A stretch of DNA of 63,544 bases, the filler included, from Octopus bimaculoides (taxonomy: Eukaryota), in the NCBI RefSeq assembly GCF_001194135.2. It is 5 parts of 5 records of this genome, joined end to end, with 100 filler letters (N's around TTAATTAATTAA, not from the genome) between each part and the next. Parts side by side here need not be neighbours in the genome. Positions count along the whole stretch, not along the records: positions 26,196 to 44,390 come from NC_068982.1; 4 more parts are not named here. The stretch is one strand, 5' to 3'. The position numbers and the translations under genes are program-made. How positions within the stretch are numbered: position 1 is the stretch's first letter; each line of letters opens with the position of its first letter. This document shows positions 33,541 to 44,390 of the stretch, piece by piece. The notes beneath the pieces are model-generated. The model saw only the letters and a list, made by a program, of their open reading frames with translations. It was not told where the DNA came from and did not search any database.

Positions 33541-33989
33541 TACCAATTCCCTCATTGTGGATGTCACTTATTTTTATTTTTATCCATATTTTTATCTATT
33601 CAGCACCAAGGAATTTTTGGCAAGTAATTTTGAAAAAGTAAACATCATTTAATAGATATTATTATCAAATATCAACTTTACCTTCAAATCGAGCTTTTGT
33701 TCAGGGATTTTTAAAATTCTTCTGCTGCACACTACCTAGCGCTTTAATTTGATTGGTTCTCTCATCATTTTGATGCAAACGACCTTCAATCTTATATCTC
33801 AACTGACAATCAGATTCGAACTTGGAGAAGAAACCTAATTGCACCAGTTTCCAAACTTTTTGTTGAATATTTCTTTTACATTTAATCTTTTTTTTTTTAA
33901 TTCAAGCTGAAAATTTTGGCTTGATGAATATAGTTCATTGAAGGTGGTAAGCTTTTTTTAATGTCAGTTTTGTAATGAGATTTTAGCAA

Positions 33990-35040
33990 AACAAGTCGTT
34001 TGTGGCACAAAGAACATAGAGTTTAGTTTTCCATGCTTTTATGCTAGAAAGAATGTTCCATTTTCTAAGGTGCATTTCAGAAATTCTGTGACTTTTTGAG
34101 GAGAAGTACAAAACTCTAATATCCTTCAAAGTAGCATCCTCTGACTTCAGTGCATTTGTAGTGTTCCAGCCATTTTCATGAGGGTCCCATTTAAGTTCTC
34201 TGAAATGAAGGTGTCCAGGACTCTTGTCATGGCTTCCTTCATCTTCAGAATGACTACCCTTGATGTTCTCCTTCAGACTGTCAAGTAGTTGGTTACCAGG
34301 ATGTTTGTCATTCTTACATAGATTTTAGAGTTGTTGTTAGTAGTTATTGCACGTTTGTATGCAATATCTCTAGCCAAATAATTCAAATATAAAGTTTAGT
34401 TGTTGGTATTATGTAGCTAAAGGGTTGATGTTTTGTTAATTACTAATTTTGTTCACTTTATTGAGCTTATAATTGTTAGAACATGTTGGATTAAGGTCAA
34501 AGTTTGGTGTAGTGCAATACAATAATTTGACAGTATTTTTCTTGACAGAATTTGGTGGTATTTATAATTTAAGGAGAGATGCTTTTTAGTGAGTTTTTAA
34601 AAAATTTGGGGATTGGTGATATTGAATGGAGCTGAGCACAAAGTAATGTTTTCTGTTTTTGTTTCTATTAGGACAGGAGTGAGGTGTGATGGTGAAAAAG
34701 ATCTTATTCTTAAATCCACTTCTGGCTAAGGCTTCATTTTAATTTTGGGATGTATTATAAAAAATCTGTTTATTAACCAAAAATTTGGCAAGTCTAAGTA
34801 AGATGTTCACTCTCAGGTTTTGAATTATATGTCTGGGATGTTTGGACTGTTTGTGGACGCAGTTTTTTTTTGTTTTTTTTGTGTTAGGCTTGTGGTCTGG
34901 AAAGTGAATTGGAAAGGATTAACATCAATATCATTTGCTTTTGAAATATGACTTCAACAGATATTTGGAAACCTAAGATATTAAAGAAATTGTGGAGGTG
35001 TTTTCTGGAACAATCACTATTCTACCTTCACCATTTTTAA
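33990..35040 (-). mobile_element. Decayed Penelope-like element (RT thumb plus GIY-YIG endonuclease), interrupted by a mariner fragment
   Basis: Peptides NFFNILGFQISVE, HKQSKHPRHIIQN, KNTVKLLYCTTPNF, IAYKRAITTNNNSKIYVRMT (GIY-YIG-like) and KWNILSSIKAW occur in the correct PLE order. Confidence 0.7.
34068..34300 (-). mobile_element. mariner-type 3' fragment with TIR (second family)
   Basis: MKEAMTRVLDTF and LEHYKCTEVRGCYFEGY*, followed by a TIR-like end ...CAGAATTTCTGAAATGCACCT|TA. Confidence 0.6.
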
Positions 35041-35339
35041 CATTTGTATGATAATCTGCAGAGAAAACCTTCTGCATGTGTTTTGCTTCAACACATCAGA
35101 ACTTTGCTTATGTGCACAAGATGTATATATTCTGCATCTTATAATTGTGTTGATTCCCCACTTGTCAAAAGTTCACTGAAGAAAATATAAATCCAATTTT
35201 AAATGTCACTGTTTGGATATATGCATGTACCATCCAAGTTTCCTGCATTTAATAAAACCTTTTTTTAATGTAGCCAAAAAAATTCAGTTTTTGGTAGTAA
35301 GTACACAAAAATGATTGAAGAAACTGAAATAAAGATTCT

Positions 35340-35985
35340 GTAAATAAAGATATGGTGGGTGGGGCATTGTTTCTCATTCAAACTGTTCCAGCCTTTGGAA
35401 TGTCATCCTCGCTGTATGTGGCCAAGCATTATCCTGATGGAAGAACACCTTTTGTCTTGAAACCAAAGATGGTTGTTTTTCTTCTAGTGCTGACTTGAAC
35501 GACTGGTTTAATGACCAAATCCAAGATTCTCTGCTCGTTCCTCAACAGTTACGATGAGATTTTATTCCACCAGAGTTTGTAGGAGTTTCTCATCGAGTTC
35601 TACAAATCTTCCAGAATAAGGCTCATCTTCTAAGCCGTAGTTTCCGGTTTGGAATATCTGGAATCACCATTGACACTGGTTTACACTTATTGTCCAATCC
35701 CCATATACTGCATTAATATTCCTTGCACTTTCCGTTGCATTGTTGCCTTTATTGAACTCATAAAGCAAAATATGCTGAATATGCTCCTTTGTCACTTCCA
35801 TTATAGCTTTGAAAAAAACAGCTGTTAAAATCGAACTACACTCTTCAAAACTAGTACTAAGAATAAGGTAACAAGGTAAAATTACTACCTGCTTTTATAG
35901 CAAGTTGATGCAGGTAGTTTACCGTCCCCCTCTGACTTTTAGTTCATGCAATTGAAAAAACTGCATTATTTATGGGATGGCCCAA
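35340..35985 (-). mobile_element. Internally deleted, 3'-truncated mariner transposon
   Basis: TA|TTGGGCCATCCCATAAATAATGCAG TIR; MEVTKEHIQHILLYEFNKGNNATESARNINAVYG (HTH), then FHQDNAWPH and PHPPY catalytic-region motifs; stops present. Confidence 0.9.
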
Positions 35986-36177
35986 TACATCATTTAATTA
36001 TGAAATACCTGATTCAGAGGGATCTAAAGTGCCACATCTTGATACATTATCACAAAGTTTATCAAAAGGGTTTTTTTAATAATTGGAGCTATTGTTCTCT
36101 TGGCTGCAAAACCATTTAAGTTATTGAAAAATAAATTAGATTGAAGGTGGTATTTTGTGTAATGGAGAATTAATTAG

Positions 36178-36700
36178 TAAAATCTATTTATCAACATAAG
36201 GTGGCAGTCCTGCATAGGACCATGTTAATACCTTTTAAACCCAGGAAAACATCTTTTCCAGCTGGTTGTTGACATACAATCTGTGTATGAAATATACTGT
36301 GAGCAAGGGAGCGTACTACTCCCTCGTAGCCATTAGCAGTACCAACAGACCAACGGTGTCTGGGTAATTTCCTGTCATTGGTGCTGGACAACTCTGGCTA
36401 GAGGTAGCAGCTTGACCCTACTCACAGTATATAAATATAGAAGTGACAGACAGTCACTGATCTTGTAATGAGTAAAATAGCTAGTTTTAAATCTCTGAAT
36501 GAGATCTAAGTAGCAATGATAGTGTATAGTAAAATCTATTTGCCAATATCAGGTGGTAGTCTTGCATAGGACCATGTTATTACCTTATAAACCTAGGAAA
36601 ACATCTTTTCCAGCTGGTTATCAACACACTGTCTGTCTGAAATATACTAAAAGCAAGGGAGTGTACTGCCTACTCCTAGCCACTAGCAGTACCATCAGTA
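36178..36700. repeat. Head-to-tail direct repeat with a 352-nt period (copy 1 36178-36529, partial copy 2 36530-36700), rich in hairpins
   Basis: The first ~170 nt of the two copies align by eye, for example GGACCATGTTA, GGAAAACATCTTTTCCAGCTGGTT, GAAATATACT and TAGCCA.TAGCAGTACC. Confidence 0.9.
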
Positions 36701-36948
36701 CTAATCAATTGTTGAATCAATTTCCTTGAGAACACTAATGATAAAAGCTGTGTGTGGTTATATGAATTAGTGCTTAGTAGCAGGCAACAAAGGATCAGCT
36801 GAAACTGGAAATATGGTTGTTTGATTACTGTGTAATGATGCGGAATGATATGGAGGGAAATATCCATGGCACTGTTTAAGGTGGATACTAATTTAATGAA
36901 ACAGTTTGACTTGTGAGTTGGATAAAACATCTGTAAAAGAATGGATCA

Positions 36949-38561
36949 TCTATAACTATAGTATAGCTGAGTTTGTGAGTGTGTGTGTGTGTGTGTGTGT
37001 TGCATCTGTAGAAATCCACATTTTCCACTTTTTCGTAAAAATTTTACATCAATGGAATTTTCTCGATGTGAACTTTCCAGTGCAGTAATTAGATTTTTAA
37101 AATTCTGTTTACTTTGTGTTTCTAGCAACTTTTATATTTCTTCCCTTCTACCTGTACCGGCGTTCTTATAGAGAGTAAGAGTAAAAGAGGGAGAAAGAGA
37201 GAGAAAGTGATACATACAAAGTTGGTTTACCTTTTTACTCTTACTTCTTCCTCTCTCTCATTTAATACTTTTCCTCTACCTCTAACATATTTTTCATAAC
37301 ATAGAAACGTAAAAACACACACAACCACACATACGTGATCTGTGACATCAACATGCACATAAACACATGCATACATCAACGTTATAGATATAAGATTTAC
37401 TTTGTGTGTTTTGTTATATAAACAAGCGTACGCATTCAAACGATTTAGTTTGACCGAGGTAGAGGGATAGAAGGAAGGTATTAAATGAGAGAGAGGAAGA
37501 AGAAGTAAGAGTAAAAAGGTAAACCAACTTTGTATGTATCACTCTCTCTCTCTCTCTCTCTCTCTCTTCCTCTTTTACTCTTACTCTCTATATGATATGT
37601 TGAACGCGTGATCGATGAGGAAATTGAAAAAAATCTGTTATCTCTGTTGCTCTCTCTCTCTCTCTTTGCACCGTCACTGGAAGAGGACTGAACTCATCTT
37701 TGCAAATAATGGTGACTTTAAAATTGTTAGAATTTATGGTTTAAAATCATTTTTAATGCAAAAATTCACATGTTAGGAAGCAACGAAAAAAAAACAAATG
37801 GTCGATCCCGGGCATTTTCGACCATGAGGAATCGATTGGTGCGACTCCCAGATTGCTATCTTGTAAGGTGTGAATTTCTATAGATGCAACACACATACGG
37901 TTTTAGGGTCAGGGTTAGGGTTAGGTTTAGGGTTTTAGGGTTAGGGTTGGGTAATCGTGCGGGTGTTAATCTGAAAAATTACAGAAATGTGAAAACTACT
38001 CACCCTGCCATCTATTATAACTTTTGTTGTTCTGTTTAATATATACATAGATTATGCCTCCAAAGAAGACAGTTTGATGGGGAAAGAAAGCAACCAATTT
38101 AAAAAGACAGCAACAGACTGCAGCAATTCACTACATTCCAGAAGCTACTTTGAACATAATGCAAAATGGTGCATCAACATCTACTGCCCAATCTGATAGA
38201 ATTTTGGCAGAACTGTGTAGCAACAGATCGCCAGCAATTGCTTCATCAGAAATTGCTGTTGTAACTCCTGCTAAAACGGATTACCCTGCTATGTATAATC
38301 AGGGCAGCACAAAAGGTTGTTTTGCACAAGTATTTGTATAGCCAATTAAACGGATGAAATTTACGTACGCTTATTAATGTTAAGCAAAACAGCCTTCAGA
38401 CTTTCCCTATTAATTTCATCGTCATTTGAATTATGAACATATTTACATCATAAGGGTTTTTTCGTTGTAAGGCTTTCTTTTTTAGTTGATTTCCACCTAG
38501 CAAGACTTATCGTGGATGGCGTACTAAGTCACAACCGGACAACGTCGGGTTATACTACTAG
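36949..38561 (+). mobile_element. Putative Helitron derivative with internal foldback and TTAGGG tract
   Basis: 5' end A|TCTATAACTATAGTATAG followed by (GT)n. 3' end CCGGACAACGTCGGG hairpin then CTAG|T at 38558-38561. Degenerate MPPKK... start near 38055. Confidence 0.6.
37903..37950 (+). repeat. Interstitial telomere-like (TTAGGG)n tract
   Basis: TTTTAGGGTCAGGGTTAGGGTTAGGTTTAGGGTTTTAGGGTTAGGGTTGGG. Confidence 0.85.
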
Positions 38562-38999
38562 TATGTAGCTAAAACTGCATTTTAATAAACACTTATTTTC
38601 TTATATGTATATTAAATGATACTTTGTGTATTGAAAATTATGATTAATTACATATAATAAATTGAATGGTAAATTTTCTTTCTGTTATATTGTATAGATT
38701 ATATAGTATAGCTTATATACTAAAATAGAAATGATATATGTCATATAGTAAATTGTATGATAGAAACTATTGTTTACATGAATAAATGTATAATGTAAAG
38801 AAAAGAGACTTAGTAGTTGTTTTGTTTATAATTCTGTTTCCAATCGAGCACCAAGCAAACTTTTCTAGTGAGGAGTAAAATTAATCAATTCCAGTATAAA
38901 ATGGATACATATTTTATTAACAATTGGGGATGAAAGTAAATTCGCTCCAAACAAAAATATTAAGCTGAATACCAGACCAAAAGACTTGGCATTCTACCA

Positions 39000-39747
39000 T
39001 CTATACTATATATAAAACAGAGTTGTGTGTGCAATCGCTTTTCACGTGAAATCGACTTCACCAAATGCTTCCATACTTGTGATGCATGAATAATTTGACC
39101 TCGGATAAATGTTAGGCTCTTCATTTGATTTTTTTTAATTAAAAATAAATAATATTGCTTTATATTTAAGATTCACTTCTTTAAAAAGGTTCCTCAATGT
39201 CAACTTCCGGTATTGACGTAACAACGGCAAAAAGCTTCACTCTCTATTTTGTGTGTGAGTGTGTGTGTTCGTGTGTATGAGAGAGAGAGAGAGAGTAAAT
39301 ACTACATACACACCGCTCTCTCACTCTGTCTCACACACATACACACACACACACACACCCCTTGACTCACTCACACTGTCTCTTACAAACACACACATAC
39401 ATAAATGTATACAAACATATTTACAAAGACACACGTGTGTATGCGTGCGTGCATGCGTGGGGGCTTCCACAATCGCCATTTATTTCAATTACTCTTGTGA
39501 GCATATTCACGTAAATCATTTTTTTCATTTAATCCCCATTTTAATTTTCGTAAAAGTTTCCAAGTACCAATGAGGCTTTTTGGCACATCTTCAATTTTCC
39601 CCATTCATGAGAGGCGCCCAGCCATCATTCATCTGAGAGTCCATCTACAGAATGTCCTCAAGTTTCTATACCGCATATTTTGCCTTTTTTTCTTCCAGTA
39701 TATAAGCAACAATTTCATTCCCGAGCAACGCTGGGTGCCTCTGCTTG
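39000..39747 (+). mobile_element. Non-autonomous Helitron, copy 1
   Basis: 5' end A|TCTATACTATATATAAAAC; 3' hairpin CCCGAGCAACGCTGGG then CTTG|T (variant of CTAG); highly similar to 43562-44390 in reverse. Confidence 0.8.
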
Positions 39748-41578
39748 TTTCTTATAAAACACTGGTTTTTATTTATGCTCATCTATATATAACAGATACA
39801 CTTGAAAAGTAATTCCTCACAATACATTTGGGTTCATATAGAGCTTATAGGATAGTTTTATTCCAACACATCAAATGGTATATGTAGAGGATATTACAGT
39901 TCATGTAAATTATTTTAACTTAATTTTGATATGATTAATTTATTTTTACATAAAATATTCAAAGAATCAATAACTAAGTATAAATGCATAGAGATGAAAT
40001 AATTTATTTATTTGACTCTTTTTTGTAATATATGTTTCATGACTACTGCAGAATTTTCACTTAAAATACATTATAAAAGAAAGTATTGATAACTGAATCA
40101 GCATAGTACCAGGGAACTGACTACCTAACGGGTTGAAGATGACTAATGCATTCAGCCTTCAAAGGTTGAGTTCAGCTAGCTCTTGGTAGGTATTGTGGGT
40201 TGGAAAACTCATCATTATAAGCAATCTTGTAGAATTGATGAGCAATTTATTAACCATTATTATTTTTAGAGATAATCCATCTGGGTTAGATGAACCTTCC
40301 ATTTAGAGACTGGAAGCAAGTAGCCAACCTATGGAACTTTGTTATTTGAAAAATGATCAGCTTTGTGTTACAGTAAGAGATATATTATCTGATTTTTTGT
40401 TTGATACAATAATGCCACTATAAAAGTACCCAATAAGTGATTAGAAAATGTAAGAACAGCTAAAATATAGAAAATGATTATAGAATGATACCTGTTAATA
40501 TTGGTACTTTGGGTGAGTATTATGTTTGCTCTATGTTAGTACTAATTTACTGCATTTCAGTTCCAACTGAACTTTCCTCGAAATCTCTGTAATTGATAAC
40601 TCCTCTTTGCTTTTATTTCAGATTAAAAATTGCAGCAATGGATTTGTGGTCACCAAAAATGCCAGTAAACATGCGTAAGTTACTTGTTATTCTATTGTTT
40701 CCTTATATTTATTTGTGGGAAGGCATGATAGCATACATGCCTTGCTCTGCAATCACTTCAACACATGATGTGGGATACACTATGCACCTGTTAGGGCAAC
40801 GTTCATTCGATAGAGGCAGTGTATGGTATGAACATTTAATTATTATAAACAAATTGAACTGAACTTTTCAGATCATGTCCACATGTGGCTAAATATTTTA
40901 CTTAAATTTTACTTAAATTTATTATATATTTTTTTACATATTTATAGAGATGTTGGTTTATGGTTTTATTGCTCATATATTTTTTCACACATAATTTTTC
41001 TGTATTTTACCTTCCACCCTGCATTTTTCCTGTGCGTATATAGACATGTATATGGAATTTTTTGTGCGCGCGTGTGGGTGTGTGCGGGTATGTGCGTATA
41101 TAGACAAGTGTGTGTGCGTGCATGCAGGTATGTGCATATAGACATGTTTTACTCTTATTGCTTATTTTTTACACTTTTTTTACGAATTGTTCTGTATTTT
41201 GCCTTTAGCCCTGTTTTTTCTTGTGCATGTGCATATATAGACGCGTCTATGAACCTTTTTTGTGCGTGTGTGTGTGTGTGTGTGCGAGCGTGTATGTGGG
41301 CATGTATTTATTTTTTGGCGAATGTGTGGGTGAGCATAAGTGTGTTTCAAGTGAGGGTGGATGAGTATATACAAATAGGCACATGTACATGGTTGTGCGG
41401 GCATGCATGTGTCTGTATGGACATGTGCACTTACGCGATTACTATGAACAATTTTACTCCCTTACCTTTACTCCCTTCCCTCACTTAGCGGTCATTCTAA
41501 TAGCTCTTTTGTCTTAATAACGGTCAATCACAAGGTAATTTTCATTTGTTTAATGGTCATTTCATAGCATTTTTCGAT

Positions 41579-41650
41579 GGCCCGATAACTGAAGAGATGC
41601 CGGTGTGGGTTTCCACCCTGACATCTGAAACTTGGAGTTTTATCATGGCT
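41579..41650 (+). ncRNA. Type I hammerhead ribozyme motif
   Basis: GATAA-CTGAAGA-GATG..CATC-T-GAAA-CT(TGG)AG-T-T/TTATC: core CUGANGA and GAAA, GUU cleavage triplet, 5-bp stem I with a 4-bp extension, 3-bp stem III. One extra U lies before G12. Confidence 0.75.
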
Positions 41651-41884
41651 ACCGAATAATTGTCACATATTATATTTACAGATATATATTTATATATGTA
41701 TATTTATATATATATATATATATATTTATGTATATATATATATATATCTATATATGTATGTATATATGTGTATATATGTATATATATTTATATATGTATA
41801 TATATATGAACTTCGGTATATGGTGAAGCAAATATTTGCTGATCCCTTAATTATGTTTATAAATATATCTTTACATATAACTCA

Positions 41885-43428
41885 CCTCTTACAACATTAT
41901 GACTGGGTGTTGAGGCAGTTAATCAGAAACTCAAATGTGGACATAACATATGTTTATTTTGCAAAAGCTTTTGACAAAGTGGATCATGGTATGATATGCC
42001 ACAAACTGCGTGATCTCGGTGTATCTGGAAAATTTGGAGAGTGGTTACGTGACTTTCTGACAGATAGAAGTCAGGCAGTAGTGGCCAATGGAGCCACCTC
42101 AATGAAAACACAAATAGTGAGTGGTGTTCCACAGGGCAGTCATGGGACCACTGCTTTTCATAATGGCTCTCTCAGATATGCCCACAACTGCCTAGATAGC
42201 CACCTTTGCTAGCTACGCAGAGAATATGAAAGTCTTGCAGAAAATATAGAATGCCAGCGATGTTGCACATCTGCACCAGGAGTTGAACTCAATTTGCAGA
42301 TGGGCTGAGGATAATAATATGCAGTTTAATGCTGGAAAATCCCAAGCCCTGCGCTACCAACATCCAAAACTGAATATGAAACTTACAGAGTACACTGGTC
42401 TGCAGGGAATTTCAATCCCAGAGCCTAAATCAGTGATAGACCTGGGTATCGACATGAGTGATGATACCTCTTTCCAAGTGCACATTACCAGGATGGTGAC
42501 AAAGTGTAGACAACTGGCTGGATGGATCCTGAGAACATTCAGAACCAGAGATAAGGAAACGGTGATGGTCCCCTGGAGGACATTCGTCCTCAGTTGCCTG
42601 GATTACTGCTCACCAGTGTGAAATTAACAGCAGACCTTGAAGCAATCCAGAGAAGATTCACAAAGAAGATTATCTCTTTGCAACTGCTTAGCTACTGGGA
42701 AAGGCTGAAACAGCTAAGACTCTACTCCCTGGAGAGAAGGCGGTAGAGGTATGCAGTAATATACATCTGGAAGATCCTGGAAGGAATTGTGCCAAATTTT
42801 GGCATTGAAAGCTACACAAATGCCAGAAAGGGATGACACTGCATAGTACCAAAGATCCCAGCAAAACCATCGCGCTTCAGGACCAGTTACTGCAACAGTT
42901 TGGGTTTCAGGGGCCCACAGCTTTTTAATACTCTCCCAAAGAGCCTGAGGAACCTGCACAAAGTAGATGTAGAGGTTTTTAAATCAAAGCTGGACCTCTT
43001 CCTGTCGAGAGTCCCAGATGAACCTACCTCACAGCAAGAGGTGCAAATGAGGGTAGCTACATCAAACTCTATTCTTCACCAAGTGCCACATATTGGAGGA
43101 GGCTCTCAGTAATAAAAGTGTAGCAAAACGGCGGTGCATCAGCATAGCCACAGCTTTCAGCTGAAACTATAGAAAAAAAAATATATAAACAGCCTGGGTT
43201 TCAGGGGCCAACAGCTTTTTAATATTCTCCCAAAGAGCCTGAAGAAACTGCACAAAGTAGATGTAGGAATTTTCAAACCAAAGCTGGGCCTCTTCCTGTC
43301 GAGAGTCCCAGATGAACCTACCTCACAGCAAGAGGTGCAAATGAGGGTAGCTACATCAAACTCCAGTAATAACGGTGTAGCATTAGCATGGCCACAGCTC
43401 TGAGCTGAAACTACAGTGAAAAAAAAAA
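41885..43428 (+). mobile_element. 5'-truncated CR1-clade LINE with a tandemly duplicated 3' end
   Basis: VDITYVYFAKAFDKVDHG, VSGVPQGS, degenerate YAEN (YADD position), RTFRTRDKETV...LDYCSPV, GFRGPQLFNTLPKSLRN. The segment 42896-43180 is repeated at 43189-43428. Confidence 0.9.
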
Positions 43429-43561
43429 CAATATATATATATATATATATGTATGTATATATATGTATATATATGTCTGTGTGTGTGTGTATTTATATGT
43501 GTATATATATATATATTTATATATGTATTTATATATGTGTATACATATTTATATATGTATA

Positions 43562-44390
43562 CTAGCAGAAGCACCCGGCGTTGCTCGGGAATGAAATTGT
43601 TGCTTATATACTTGAAGAAAAAAAGGCAAAATATGCTGTATAGAAATTTGAGGACATTCTGTAGATGGACTCTCAGATGAATGATGGCTGGGCGCCTCTC
43701 ATGAATGGGGAAAATTGAAGATGTGCCAAAAAGCCTCATTAGTACTTGGAAACTTTTACGAAAATTAAAATGGGGATTAAATGAAAGAAATGATTTACGT
43801 GAATATCCTCACAAGAGTAATTGAAATAAATGGCGATTGTGGAACCCCCCACGCACGCACACACGTGTGCGCGCATACATACGTGTATCTTTGTAAATAT
43901 GTTTGTATACATTTATGTATGTGTGTGTTTGTAAGAAACAGAGTGTGAGTGAGAGAGAGAGGTTTGTTGTCATGTATACATACATGCATAAATACACATA
44001 CATCTTTGGATGTGACAACACAGCCCTTGACTCACTCACACTCTGTCTCTTACAAACACGCACGCGCGTGCATACACGTGTGTCTTTGTAAATATGTTTG
44101 TATACATTTATGTATGTGTGTGTTTGTAAGAGACAGTGTGAGTGAGTCAAGGGGTGTGTGTGTGCATGTGTATGTGTGTGAGACAGAGTGAGAGAGCGGT
44201 GTGTATGTAGTATTTACTCTCTCATAAACACGAACACACACAAAATAGAGAGTGAAGCTTTTTTGCCGTTGTTACGTCAATACCAGAAGTTGACATTGAC
44301 GAACCTTTTTAAAGAAGTGAATCTTAAATATAAAGCAATATTATTTATTTTTAATTCAAAAAATCAAATGAAGAGCCTAACATTTATCCG
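43562..44390 (-). mobile_element. Non-autonomous Helitron, copy 2 (5' end lost in a gap; internal duplication)
   Basis: The plus strand begins A-CTAG-CAGAAGCACCCGGCGTTGCTCGGG (3' terminus and hairpin); reverse-complement match to 39105-39747. Confidence 0.85.

Noticed and set aside
33660-33870. Possible MULE transposase fragment (NIQQKVWKLVQLGFFSKFESD...)
   Set aside because: Resemblance is limited to a few residues, with no catalytic motif; cannot be supported without a search.
36261-36400. Complete HDV-like ribozyme
   Set aside because: P3/L3-like and P1-like pairings exist, but the P1.1 GG, a contiguous P2 and the J4/2 CRAA are missing.
36178-36460. Telomerase RNA, U4 or U8 identity for the structured repeat
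   Set aside because: No CTAACCCT template, no Sm site and no convincing H/ACA or C/D boxes in both copies; only short scattered word matches.
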